This document shows positions 63,621 to 64,000 of a stretch of 64,000 nt of DNA, piece after piece. Source of the DNA: Phoronis australis (lineage: Eukaryota > Animalia > Phoronida); the NCBI GenBank assembly GCA_002633005.1, contig NMRA01000198.1, forward strand, positions 497,282 through 561,281, given 5' to 3'. Within the stretch, counting starts at the first letter, position 1; every line of letters starts with the position of its first letter. The notes beneath the pieces were generated by a model. The model did no database searches. It saw only the letters and a program-made list of their open reading frames with translations, and was not told where the DNA came from. The position numbers were made by a program, and so were the translations under genes.

Positions 63621-64000
63621 CTGCCGAGTTATACTAAACTGTGAATAGTGCTTTGTTATAGTGAAGACTATTCGTTATTCCAGACATTCAATGTCAAAGC
63701 AGAAACTGTTTTAATAGACAAATCACTCAGACATATTAAGTAAAAAGGCGGAGAGCAAAAATATAAAATATACCACACAATTAATGTACACAGAGACCCT
63801 GATTTTTCACAACTACAGAGAATTAGCAGACTTCATGGAATCCGACTTTTTTGCAAAATAAGAGGTTTCGAACAGACTTTAAAAATTACTTATAAGTGGA
63901 TTCCATAATTCTAAATATTTTTGTTCTTTAATTACAAAAAATTATACAATCCATTAAAAGCCACGATTCTGGCAACAAAGCAATCAATGGTTGTTTTGCA

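Overview
AT-rich, intron-rich animal genomic DNA, probably a marine invertebrate (inferred, not proven). It is not prokaryotic. Four spliced genes can be rebuilt with GT-AG junctions whose reading phases all agree. (1) The 3' part of a PPP1R37/LRRC68-like leucine-rich-repeat gene on + (exons 1119-7629; the 5' end lies upstream of the window). (2) A complete 4-exon ISCA2 iron-sulfur cluster assembly gene on - (19873->14184, 154 aa). (3) A complete 15-exon novel, Ca2+-independent PKC of the epsilon/Apl II/Pkc98E type on + (20276-49641, 719 aa), head-to-head with ISCA2 with only ~400 bp between the ATGs. (4) The 3' part of RALGAPB on - (63323->56460). Introns hold many non-autonomous DNA transposons: a Tc2-like element with TA duplication, a hAT MITE with a perfect 8-bp duplication plus a longer relative, a CAG-ended element with a 6-bp duplication, and a ~500-bp family with TTAA at some ends. 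There are also long palindromes, a tRNA-derived SINE and several minisatellites. Most ORFs in the supplied track are spurious. I found no convincing new multi-gene system. The best leads are uORFs in the PKC leader, an atypical PKC C1B domain, a symmetric RALGAPB exon with duplicated basophilic motifs, a hairpin-repeat array in the PKC 3' UTR, and the unclassified repeat families.
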